From a virus (Duplodnaviria > Caudoviricetes), in IMG/VR virus record IMGVR_UViG_3300036770_008730: a DNA stretch of 64,000 nucleotides. One strand, 5' to 3'. Below are positions 37,105-46,196 of the stretch, in pieces (the first letter of the stretch is position 1; every line of letters begins with the position of its first letter). The notes under the pieces are model-generated. The model was given only the letters and a program-made list of their open reading frames with translations. It was not told where the DNA came from and searched no databases. The translations under genes were made by a program, and so were the position numbers.

Positions 37105-37230
37105 TGGATCAAAAACAAATAACGAGATACCTGTGAAAAAATCGAATACTTTGTGATTGGTCAAATGGTGCTATTCTCAAATATTTAGTGATGATAAATT
37201 TAACTCTCAAAAAAAATAATATATACATTC

Positions 37231-38214
37231 GTGCAAATAAAAAGATATAGTCAGTATTCACTTGAGGAAAGTTTAGTTGATGATTTCTTATCGTCTTTTA
37301 ATGATTTACTTGTTGAATCTAGTGGTTCTGATACTGATGAGTTACAACAACAGATAATATCGAGATTCAAAGAAAGATTTGGAGAAGTAACTCCTTCTAA
37401 TCAAGATTTTGCAGACTTTTATCACGAACTTCGAAACGAAGGTATAGATGGTATACTTATTTTTAACACTTTAGATCCATTTTTAAAAGAACCTGAAGAA
37501 AAGTCAGGAACAGGAACATTAACTGATTCATATAAAAGAGTAGAAAAAAAAGTTCTTTCTGATTTAAGACTTGATACTAAGTTAGCTTTAACATTTGGTG
37601 CAGGTATTGGTGCTATGTATCCTATAGTTTCCAAGTTGATGCAGAATATGAATATAAACTCAATCGAATTAACTACCGAGACGGTTGTCCTTTTGACAAT
37701 TGCTGCTTTAACAATAGTTTATTTAGAGGAAAAGAAAGATATATCAGTTGAAGAAAGAGAAAAACTAACAAAGGATTCTAAGTCAATGTTGGAGGAATTA
37801 AGGATGAGAAGTATAGGTGATGGTATTGTTAAAAAGATTATTAAAGCACTTACTTCGGTCAAAAATATATTCTCACTTATTGGTAAACATATAGGTGCTG
37901 TCATAGGTGGTATAATTGATATGTTTTCATATACGGCTATTCTTATTCCAATTATGAATGCTATTTTATTCTTAATAGGTAAATATGAACTAACACCAGA
38001 TACAATAGTTCAAAACTTCTTTTCACTTGGTATGGGTGTTGCGTCTAAGATAGCTAAACATGGATTGGTAGAATTAATAAGTAAGTTAAAGAATAGATTA
38101 AATATTAATAAAGATAAAGTTTTAGACGAGATAGAAACTCCAGTTATTCAAAGGTTTTCAAATTATATAGATCAAGATCCTAAACAAGATGGTGAATTGA
38201 TTAAGGAGCAATAG
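37231..38214 (+). CDS. Putative head-internal membrane protein
   Basis: GTG start MQIKRYSQYSLEE after TAATATATAC; four hydrophobic segments. Confidence 0.55.
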   Translation: MQIKRYSQYSLEESLVDDFLSSFNDLLVESSGSDTDELQQQIISRFKERFGEVTPSNQDFADFYHELRNEGIDGILIFNTLDPFLKEPEEKSGTGTLTDSYKRVEKKVLSDLRLDTKLALTFGAGIGAMYPIVSKLMQNMNINSIELTTETVVLLTIAALTIVYLEEKKDISVEEREKLTKDSKSMLEELRMRSIGDGIVKKIIKALTSVKNIFSLIGKHIGAVIGGIIDMFSYTAILIPIMNAILFLIGKYELTPDTIVQNFFSLGMGVASKIAKHGLVELISKLKNRLNINKDKVLDEIETPVIQRFSNYIDQDPKQDGELIKEQ

Positions 38215-38225
38215 TTTTTTTGATG

Positions 38226-38252
38226 AAACTTAAATGGTAGATTTTATATAAT
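38226..38252 (+). promoter_or_regulatory. Putative 'middle' promoter AAACTT-N15-TATAAT
   Basis: Upstream of the replicative helicase. Confidence 0.6.
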
Positions 38253-38277
38253 ATAAAAACATAAACTATTTAACATA

Positions 38278-39612
38278 ATGACTCCTCAACTTGAAAAAGT
38301 ATTTTTTTCATTTATTTTACAGAATAAAAAGTATTTTGAAATAGTTAAGCCTTATTTTTTCAGAAATTCTGAAATTCAATTTGTCTATGGTGTTATCAGA
38401 AGTTACATACTAAAAAACTCTGATACTCAAATACCAACTCCAAGACAAATTTTAGATATGGTGACTTTAGAGGATAAAGAAGGAGTTATCACCAAAGAGA
38501 TTCTTAAATCTATGCTTCAAGTTAATTTGAAAGAATATGATGAAAAGAATTTTACTGAACCTAAATTTAATGCATGGGTTCTATCTAACAGACTTAAAAC
38601 AGGAACTGTTGATATTATAGATGAAACTAGAAATTTAGATTCTATTTCCGATTTTGAAAAGGCTATTGAGGCTGCTGATAAAATCAAAGCAATTGTAGAA
38701 GAAATGTCTTCTACAAATTTTGTTCAAGATGATGATATGGGATCTGACTTTGATGAACCAGAAAATCACGTTCAAGATTCTTCAAAATTTAAAGTTAAAT
38801 GTGGATTTGAAACTATTGACCATATGTTAGGTGGTGGTTGGGATATTTCAACACTAAATGTTGTAATGGCTGAGACCAATAATGGTAAATCACTTTGGAT
38901 GCAGAATTTTGCAGTTAAATCGGCTGATATGGGTTCAAATGTTCTTTATATAACACTTGAAATGAGTGAGAGAAAGGTAATGAAACGTGTTGGTGCGATG
39001 AGGTTAAAAATTCCCATCAATGACTATGATAGATTGTCAAAAGATACTGAGATGATTAAGAAAAGAATACAAAGTCTTTCTAAGTCTGATAGCGCGGGTG
39101 GCGATCTTTTTGATAAAAAAGTTGGTAAAATAATAACTAAGTTCTGGGCAGCTGGAACTGCAACAGTTTCTGATTTTGATAATTATTTACAAAAACTTAA
39201 AGAGAAAAAAGATATAAAAATAGACCTTGTTATTGTTGATTATATAACACTGCTATCCGCTCCTAAAGGACTGGGTGCTGATAATCTTTATACTAAGGGT
39301 AAGGCTTTAGCTGAAGGATTAAGAGCGTTAGGTGCTAAATATAAACTTCCTGTGATAACAGGAGTTCAAGTGGCAAAAGATGCTTGGAACTCATCTGATA
39401 TAACATTGGAAAGTGTTCCGGAATCTAAAGCAATAGCAGAGACAGCAGATACTTTCTTTGCTATAATAAGAACAGAAGAAATGAAAAGAGTAAACTTATA
39501 TAGATTTAAGCTTTTAAAACAAAGAGATGGTGATTTTCTAAAATCTCAAGTAAAATTGAATTTGAATTCAACTTATTTGACATTAGAAAATGATCAATTC
39601 TTAGACCAATAA
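38278..39612 (+). CDS. Replicative DNA helicase (T4 gp41/DnaB-like)
   Basis: MAETNNGKS, YITLEMSE, VIVDYI, TGVQV, ESKAIAETAD, LKQRDG. Confidence 0.9.
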   Translation: MTPQLEKVFFSFILQNKKYFEIVKPYFFRNSEIQFVYGVIRSYILKNSDTQIPTPRQILDMVTLEDKEGVITKEILKSMLQVNLKEYDEKNFTEPKFNAWVLSNRLKTGTVDIIDETRNLDSISDFEKAIEAADKIKAIVEEMSSTNFVQDDDMGSDFDEPENHVQDSSKFKVKCGFETIDHMLGGGWDISTLNVVMAETNNGKSLWMQNFAVKSADMGSNVLYITLEMSERKVMKRVGAMRLKIPINDYDRLSKDTEMIKKRIQSLSKSDSAGGDLFDKKVGKIITKFWAAGTATVSDFDNYLQKLKEKKDIKIDLVIVDYITLLSAPKGLGADNLYTKGKALAEGLRALGAKYKLPVITGVQVAKDAWNSSDITLESVPESKAIAETADTFFAIIRTEEMKRVNLYRFKLLKQRDGDFLKSQVKLNLNSTYLTLENDQFLDQ

Positions 39613-39629
39613 AAAATAAGAAAAAACAT

Positions 39630-40583
39630 ATGGCTAAAAAAATTAGACATGATGAGGATGACTTTGAAGATGAATTAGAATCTGAAGAATCCGAAGAAAA
39701 TACAGAACTTGTTGAGGAAGAACCAGAAGAAGAATCTGAATCAGAGATAAAGATAGACGATGATGATGAAAATATCGATATTGTAATTGAAATTGACGAT
39801 GAAGATATTAATGATTTATCAACTAGTGATGAACCTCAGAAAGAAGAAGAGGAATCAGATATTGTTTTATCTAAACACAAAATAGAAGGTAAACACACCT
39901 TAAAATATGATTCTATTTTCAAAGGAAAAAAAGAAGATCCTTTAGATGAGAATGATCCAGATAATAATGGTTATACTGGTAATTATTTTAAAGAAACAAT
40001 AGAAGTTGATAAGGCTTCAAACTACTACTTTGAATCTATTGATAATGAGGCTTATATTAGGTCAAAGTTGGTTAAAGAAAGAGTCTATTTGGTTCTTAGT
40101 GAAAGAACTTCACTCAATTTCCTAAACAATAGAAGAAAGCCTTCAAGAGTTGACTTTAATAATTATTACTCGTTGTTAAAAACAAACCTTACAGAAGAGA
40201 GTTTTACCAACATAGAGTTATTTAATGAGTTGTCGGTTTATTTCTCTGATAATTTATTCAACATGTTCAAGTTGTTAGATAACAAATGGAGAAATTTAAT
40301 AATAACTGAGTTACAAGAGCATATTGGTAAGAGCTCTAATTCTAAAGAGATTACGAATAGAAATATTTATCCAGGAACAGAGATTGAATTTACTTATGAG
40401 GATTATGATGGACCTAAACATATAACAGGAGATGTAGTCGACTGTGATTATAAAAACTCAATGTTTAAAGTAAACTCATATGAAAGAATTTATGAAATAA
40501 ATATTGATGATATAACTAAAATTTTAAATAATACGAAATTTAAGTATAACCTCAATAAACTTAATAACATAGATTTTCTATAA
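39630..40583 (+). CDS. Hypothetical protein with very acidic N-terminus
   Basis: About 80 aa Asp/Glu-rich N-terminal tract; operonic with the helicase. Confidence 0.65.
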   Translation: MAKKIRHDEDDFEDELESEESEENTELVEEEPEEESESEIKIDDDDENIDIVIEIDDEDINDLSTSDEPQKEEEESDIVLSKHKIEGKHTLKYDSIFKGKKEDPLDENDPDNNGYTGNYFKETIEVDKASNYYFESIDNEAYIRSKLVKERVYLVLSERTSLNFLNNRRKPSRVDFNNYYSLLKTNLTEESFTNIELFNELSVYFSDNLFNMFKLLDNKWRNLIITELQEHIGKSSNSKEITNRNIYPGTEIEFTYEDYDGPKHITGDVVDCDYKNSMFKVNSYERIYEINIDDITKILNNTKFKYNLNKLNNIDFL

Positions 40584-40584
40584 A
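40557..40584 (+). promoter_or_regulatory. Putative 'middle' promoter AAACTT-N16-TATAAA
   Basis: About 105 nt upstream of nrdA. Confidence 0.45.
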
Positions 40585-40688
40585 AAAATTTATATTTTAA
40601 CTTATAAAAAACCTCAAAAAAATAAAAAAAACAAAATTTTCATTTGAAAATTTACACATATATAATAGACAAAAAAAATTAAAATAGC

Positions 40689-42980
40689 ATGAGAAAAGAG
40701 ATTTATGTATTAAAAAGAGATGGTCGCCAAGAGTTACTAAATTATGAAAAAATCAACAAGGTTCTTTTATGGGCAACAGAAGGTATTTCATCTGTTAGTG
40801 CATCCGATGTGGCTATGAACGCCAAATTACAAATTCATGATGGGATAAAAACCTCAGATATTCATAGAGTTTTGATACAGAGTGCTTCAGATATGATTAC
40901 TGAAGAAACACCAAACTACCAATTTGTGGCTTCTAAACTTTTAAACTATTTACTTAGGAAAGAAGTTTTTAATACCTACACAAATTTTCCAAGATTAAAG
41001 GATTTTATAAAATCAAATATTGAAAAGGGTGTTTATGATTCTGATGTTATTAATCATTATACGGAAAATGAGCTTGACAAAATTGAAGGATTTATTAAGC
41101 ATAAAAGAGATGAAGACTTGACTTATGCTGGTGTTCAACAATTAATGGATAAATATCTTGTTCAAAATAGAAAAACTGGAGATCATTATGAAACTCCTCA
41201 GTTTATGTATATGATGATTTCAATAACTCTTTTTGCTAAATATACTGGTGAAGACAGAATGGAAAAAATTAAAAGATTTTACGAGTTACTTTCTTTACAA
41301 AAGATTTCTCTTCCTACTCCTATTTTAGCTGGTGTTAGAACTCCAAACAAACAATTTTCATCTTGTGTCTTAATAGATGTGGCTGATGATTTGGATTCAA
41401 TTGGAGCATCCACACATGCTGTTTTAAGATACATTTCTAATAGAGCTGGTATCGGTCTTAACTTTAGATTAAGAGCTATTGGATCTGAAGTAAATGGTGG
41501 TGAGAAAGTTCATACTGGTTTAATTCCTTTCCTAAAAGTATTTGAATCAGCTGTTAAATCTTGTAGTCAAGGTGGTATCAGAGGTGGTGCGTCAACTGCC
41601 CATTATCCTTTCTGGCATAAAGAAATTATGGAGATCCTAGTGTTAAAAAACAATACAGGAAATGACCTTAATCGTGTTAGAAGAATGGATCATTCAATTC
41701 AATTATGTCGTTTATTCTATAAGAGATTTGTAGCTAAGGAAAACCTAACTCTTTTCTCACCAAATGATGTTCCGGATTTATATGAAGCATTTGGATATGA
41801 TAATGATAAGTTTGAATCACTTTATGCTAAGTATGAGAAAGATACTAAAATCTCTAAAGTAGTAATTCCAGCAGTTGAAGTAATGAACTTACTTCTTCAG
41901 GAAAGATTAGAGAATGGTAGAATTTACATTCAGAATTTAGATAATGCTAATACACACTCTGGTTTTATTGACAAAATCAATATGAGTAATTTATGTCAAG
42001 AAATCAATTTACCAACTACACCTTTTAAAGATGTTAATTCAGAAGAAGGTGAGATTGCACTTTGTGTACTTGGTGCTATCAATTTGGGAACTATTAAGGC
42101 TTTAGATGAATTAGAAGAAGTTTGTGAATACACGGTTAGAATGTTAGATTTTATTATTGAGATTCAAGATTATCCAGTTGCTGCAGCTAAAAAGATGTTG
42201 AAGAGAAGATCTTTAGGAGTTGGTGTTACTAACTTTGCTTATTGGTTAGCTAAAAATGGTTTAGATTACTCTAAAAACTCATTAGTTGAAATTGACCGTT
42301 TATTTGAACATATTCAATATTACTTATTGAAAGCTTCTAATAAATTGGCAAAAGAGTATGGTAAATGTGAATATTTTGATAAAACTAAGTATTCTTTAGG
42401 TCAATTACCAATCGACCATTATAACAAAAATATGGATACTCTGGTTAAAAGAGAATTTGAATGTGATTGGAATTCTCTTAGAAAAGATATTTTAGAATTT
42501 GGATTAAGAAATTCTGTTGTATCTGCTCAAATGCCTTGTGAAAGTTCTTCAGTTGTAAGTTCTTCAACTAATGGAATTGAGGCTCCGAGAAAATTAATCA
42601 CGGTGAAGAAATCAAAATCTGGCTCTCCACTTCCTGTTGTTGTTCCTGAAGTAAACAAATTAAAAAACAAATATTCAGTTTCATGGGGATTCAGTAACGA
42701 TGATATGAACAATGTTGTTGGTGTTATTCAAAAGTATTTTGACCAAGGTATTTCTGTAAATCATTACTACGATAAAAAGAAATACAAAGATGGTAATATT
42801 CCTCTTTCTGAAGTGGCTAAAGATATTATGACTTTTTACAAATTAGGAGGTAAACAAATCTATTACTCTAATTCAAAAGATTACAAATCTGACAAACTTG
42901 AAGATATTATCACAACAGAAAAGATTCATGTAATGGAAGAAGCTGGTGTAAATGATTGTGGAGATTCTTGCACAATTTAA
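40689..42980 (+). CDS. nrdA: Ribonucleotide reductase class Ia alpha subunit with ATP cone
   Basis: VLKRDGRQE ATP cone, QFSSCVL, SQGGIRGG, SNLCQEI, C-terminal CGDSCTI. Confidence 0.97.
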   Translation: MRKEIYVLKRDGRQELLNYEKINKVLLWATEGISSVSASDVAMNAKLQIHDGIKTSDIHRVLIQSASDMITEETPNYQFVASKLLNYLLRKEVFNTYTNFPRLKDFIKSNIEKGVYDSDVINHYTENELDKIEGFIKHKRDEDLTYAGVQQLMDKYLVQNRKTGDHYETPQFMYMMISITLFAKYTGEDRMEKIKRFYELLSLQKISLPTPILAGVRTPNKQFSSCVLIDVADDLDSIGASTHAVLRYISNRAGIGLNFRLRAIGSEVNGGEKVHTGLIPFLKVFESAVKSCSQGGIRGGASTAHYPFWHKEIMEILVLKNNTGNDLNRVRRMDHSIQLCRLFYKRFVAKENLTLFSPNDVPDLYEAFGYDNDKFESLYAKYEKDTKISKVVIPAVEVMNLLLQERLENGRIYIQNLDNANTHSGFIDKINMSNLCQEINLPTTPFKDVNSEEGEIALCVLGAINLGTIKALDELEEVCEYTVRMLDFIIEIQDYPVAAAKKMLKRRSLGVGVTNFAYWLAKNGLDYSKNSLVEIDRLFEHIQYYLLKASNKLAKEYGKCEYFDKTKYSLGQLPIDHYNKNMDTLVKREFECDWNSLRKDILEFGLRNSVVSAQMPCESSSVVSSSTNGIEAPRKLITVKKSKSGSPLPVVVPEVNKLKNKYSVSWGFSNDDMNNVVGVIQKYFDQGISVNHYYDKKKYKDGNIPLSEVAKDIMTFYKLGGKQIYYSNSKDYKSDKLEDIITTEKIHVMEEAGVNDCGDSCTI

Positions 42981-42987
42981 TAAAGTT

Positions 42988-43016
42988 AAAAGGAAGTTAA
43001 AACTTCCTTTTTTTTT
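42988..43016 (+). terminator. Intrinsic terminator-like hairpin
   Basis: aaaaggaagt-taaa-acttcctttt followed by a T run, between nrdA and nrdB. Confidence 0.75.
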
Positions 43017-43047
43017 CAACTATAAAAACTAACTCAATTAATAATTT

Positions 43048-44121
43048 ATGTTAAACATACTAAATCTCGACAACAGTGTTGACTACACTAAAATTCCAGT
43101 ATTCTTTGGTTCAAGAGGAATGTCCGTTCAAAGATATGACAAGTTCAAATATCCTGGATTCTTTGAACTTTTCAAGAAACAAATAAATGCTTTCTGGTTA
43201 CCAGAAGAATTCGACTTATCAAAAGATAGATTAGATTACAAAAATATGAGTGATAATGAGAAATTCATTTTTACCTCAAATTTGAAATATCAAATTTTAC
43301 TTGATAGTGTTCAGTCTCGTGGTATTCCTCATTTAACTGAAGATCTTTCAAATCCTGAGGTCGAAGCTTTTTGCTCAGCTTGGTCTTTTTTTGAGACTAT
43401 TCACTCTTATTCATACACTTTTATCATTAAAAATGTTTATGCTCAACCAGGTGAAGTATTTGATAATATCTTAAATGATAATGAAATTATTAAGAGAGCC
43501 TCATCTGTTACAAAGTATTATGATGATATGATTAACTCTTATGGAGAAACAGAACTAGATAAGAAAAAGAAGTTATACTTAACTTTAATGAGTGTAAATA
43601 TTTTAGAAGGTATCAGATTCTATGTTAGTTTTGCTTGTTCTTACGCTTTTGCACAGAATGGTAAAATGGAAGGTAATGCTAAAGTAATTTCTTTAATCAA
43701 TAAAGATGAAAACTTACACTTAGGGTTTACTCAAAAGATATTGAGAGATATGTCTATTAATAAGGAAGAGGGATTCTTTGACATTGCTAATGAGCTAAAA
43801 CCTAAAGTTGTTGAAATGTTTAAGTTGGCAGCAGAAGAAGAAATGGAATGGGCTGATTATCTTTTCCAAAATGGTTCTATGTTAGGATTAAATGCTGATA
43901 TCTTAAAAAAGTATATGATGTTTTTAACTAATTCAAGATTGAAAGCTATTGGTTTAGATCCTATTTTTGAAAAAGTTAATAATCCTATCAACTGGATTAA
44001 TGCTTGGACAAACTCTGAATCAGTTCAGGCAGCTCCACAAGAAACAGAAATCGAATCTTATAATAAGGCGGCTGTTAATAACGACTTAAGTGATAGTGAT
44101 TTTGGTGATTTTAATTTTTAA
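43048..44121 (+). CDS. nrdB: Ribonucleotide reductase class I beta subunit
   Basis: FWLPEE, LDSVQ, ETIHSYSY, LEGIRFY, DENLH, APQETEIESY. Confidence 0.97.
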   Translation: MLNILNLDNSVDYTKIPVFFGSRGMSVQRYDKFKYPGFFELFKKQINAFWLPEEFDLSKDRLDYKNMSDNEKFIFTSNLKYQILLDSVQSRGIPHLTEDLSNPEVEAFCSAWSFFETIHSYSYTFIIKNVYAQPGEVFDNILNDNEIIKRASSVTKYYDDMINSYGETELDKKKKLYLTLMSVNILEGIRFYVSFACSYAFAQNGKMEGNAKVISLINKDENLHLGFTQKILRDMSINKEEGFFDIANELKPKVVEMFKLAAEEEMEWADYLFQNGSMLGLNADILKKYMMFLTNSRLKAIGLDPIFEKVNNPINWINAWTNSESVQAAPQETEIESYNKAAVNNDLSDSDFGDFNF

Positions 44122-44160
44122 TTAAACTTTTTTAATTTTTAATTAAACTTTTTTAATTTT
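44111..44160. repeat. 21-bp tandem duplication (x2.4)
   Basis: ttaatttttaattaaactttt repeated exactly twice across the nrdB stop codon. Confidence 0.9.
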
Positions 44161-44171
44161 AATACTATAAA
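44145..44171 (+). promoter_or_regulatory. Putative 'middle' promoter AAACTT-N15-TATAAA
   Basis: Faces the non-coding structured region and the Ro60 gene. Confidence 0.6.
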
Positions 44172-44173
44172 TA

Positions 44174-44640
44174 ATCCACCTCTGAAAAAAGAGAAATTTT
44201 AGAGGTTGATATATACAAAACAAATTCGTTCTTTAACTTATTGAAACAATATTCCAGTAGCGAATTAAAGAGATACTTCGAGGTTTATGAAAAAAAACTC
44301 TTTAATAATTTACTCTGGTCAATATATAAAAAACAGACATAGTGATAGTTTGAGATACATCGTTTTAAACTACAATTCAAAAAAAAAGTGTCCGCTAATT
44401 AGCAAGACTACTGATGTCCGAGATTGAATACTCTGACTATAAGTGAAAAAATTCAGATAGCACTCTGTAAAAGGCTAAGGAATTCATCAAATTCCTTTAA
44501 ATAAATGGATGTGAGAGATGTACTTGTAAATATCGACAAAGTTTTGAGAGAATTCTTTGTGACAACTTAGACTAAGTTTTCTTGTTTGTTAATTATTAAA
44601 ATGACCAGATTAAATTAATTTTTAATCTGGTCTTTTGTTT
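44174..44640 (+). ncRNA. Putative structured RNA (array of Y-RNA-like or Ro60-binding stem-loops)
   Basis: Largest intergenic gap, no plausible ORF; two units share TAG(C/T)GA-N6-GAGATAC(T/A)TCG with compensatory N6 stems; further hairpins; adjacent to the TROVE gene. Confidence 0.6.
44603..44640 (+). terminator. Intrinsic terminator ending the structured RNA, upstream of Ro60
   Basis: gaccagattaaa-ttaatt-tttaatctggtc followed by ttttgttt. Confidence 0.75.
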
Positions 44641-44673
44641 TAAAATACTTATTAATAAATAAAAATAGAAATT

Positions 44674-46125
44674 ATGGCAAAATTTAATGCAACCTTACCG
44701 AAACAAAAAACTTTAACCACTAACTTAGCTGGTGGTAAAGCTTACAAACAATCAGAAGAAATGGCTTTTCTTTCTTTGATATTAACATCTTTTGTTAATG
44801 ACCAGTTCTATCGTGGTGCTGATACCTCAATAGACGAGTTAAAGCAAATGGTCTCTAGTATCAAAGACAAAGAGTTTATGGCAAAGGCCGCTGTTTATGC
44901 TAGAGATAAGTTTGGTATGAGAAGTATTACACATGCTCTCGCTGGTGAATTATCATCTCACCTAACAGGTGCTGAATGGGGTAAAAACTTTTATGATAAA
45001 GTAGTAATCAGACCAGATGATATGACAGAAATCTTATCTTATTATTTAGAGAATAAAACTGATAAGAAAAATCCTAAGTTTCCAAATGCTATTAAGAAAG
45101 GTTTTGCTAAAGCTTTTGATAAGTTTGATAACTATCAAATAGCTAAATATAAAAACGAGAACAAAGAGTTTAAGTTAGTTGATGTTGTTAATCTGGTTCA
45201 CCCATCACCTAATACTAGAAACAAATCCGCTTTAGAATCTTTAATCAAAGGTGAGTTGAAAAATACTCAAACTTGGGAGTCTAAGTTGTCTTTAGCTGGT
45301 CAGTTAGCTGAGACAGAAGAAGATTTAACAAAGTTAAAATCGGATGCTTGGTCTGAACTGATTCTATCTAAGAAAATTGGATATATGGCTCTGTTAAAGA
45401 ATTTGAGAAATATTATTCAACAATCACCTGATTCGGTAGATTCGGCTTGTGAATTACTTACTAATGAAAGTATGATTAAATCATCAAGAGTTCTTCCTTT
45501 CCGTTTCACAACCGCTTATGAAGAATTACAAAAGTTAGATTCATCTGACCTTACTCGTAAAGTGATTATTGCACTTAACCAGGCTTTAGAAACATCACTT
45601 TGTAATGTTCCTAAGTTAGATGGTTCTACTTTGGTAGTTTTAGATGTTAGTGGTTCAATGATGGGTAAACCATCTGAGATTGCTTCACTTTTTGGAGCGG
45701 TGTTAGCTAAAGTAAACAATGCTGATGTCCTAACATTCTCAACTGACTCTAACTATCTTTCTTACAATCCAATTGATTCGGTATTAAGTATTAGAGAAGG
45801 ATTTAGATTTGCTGGTGGTGGAACAAACTTTCCATCAATCTTTAGAAAAGCGAATAAGTCCTACGACAACATAATAATTCTGAGTGATATGCAAGGTTGG
45901 ATTGGTGGTGATACTCCTGTTAATGAGTTTAATGCTTATAAGAAAAAGTATGGTTGTAATCCTCATGTATTTTCTTGGGATTTAGCGGGTTATTCAACTT
46001 TACAATTTCCCGAGAATCAGGTGTATTGTTTATCTGGTTTCTCTGATAAAGTGTTTCAAGTGATGTCTTTGTTAAAAGAAGATAAACAAGCACTTATTAA
46101 TCAGATTAAACAGATCCAGTTGTAA
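44674..46125 (+). CDS. Ro60/Rsr-like TROVE + vWA RNA-binding protein
   Basis: TNLAGGKAY, FVNDQFY, KAAVYAR..GMRS, ALLKNLRNI, VLPFRF, vWA MIDAS DVSGSM, GGGTNF, ILSDMQ. Confidence 0.93.
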   Translation: MAKFNATLPKQKTLTTNLAGGKAYKQSEEMAFLSLILTSFVNDQFYRGADTSIDELKQMVSSIKDKEFMAKAAVYARDKFGMRSITHALAGELSSHLTGAEWGKNFYDKVVIRPDDMTEILSYYLENKTDKKNPKFPNAIKKGFAKAFDKFDNYQIAKYKNENKEFKLVDVVNLVHPSPNTRNKSALESLIKGELKNTQTWESKLSLAGQLAETEEDLTKLKSDAWSELILSKKIGYMALLKNLRNIIQQSPDSVDSACELLTNESMIKSSRVLPFRFTTAYEELQKLDSSDLTRKVIIALNQALETSLCNVPKLDGSTLVVLDVSGSMMGKPSEIASLFGAVLAKVNNADVLTFSTDSNYLSYNPIDSVLSIREGFRFAGGGTNFPSIFRKANKSYDNIIILSDMQGWIGGDTPVNEFNAYKKKYGCNPHVFSWDLAGYSTLQFPENQVYCLSGFSDKVFQVMSLLKEDKQALINQIKQIQL

Positions 46126-46129
46126 AAAG

Positions 46130-46155
46130 AAAACCACTCAATGAGTGGTTTTTTT
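46130..46155. terminator. Bidirectional intrinsic terminator
   Basis: aaaaccactc-aat-gagtggtttt followed by T run, between convergent genes. Confidence 0.85.
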
Positions 46156-46196
46156 GTATCTATTCTTCGATTCTATCTAATTCATACGAAACAAAA

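Noticed and set aside
37105-37230. Intergenic gap containing GAGATAC like the Ro60-leader units
   Set aside because: Lacks the upstream TAG(C/T)GA block and a complementary stem; a 7-mer match is expected by chance.
38278-44121. Inteins or group I introns in the helicase, nrdA or nrdB
   Set aside because: Lengths are ordinary, frames are uninterrupted and no intein splice motifs were seen.
44174-44640. Possible CRISPR array
   Set aside because: Units are not identical repeats, are irregularly spaced and vary within the stem; no cas genes in view.
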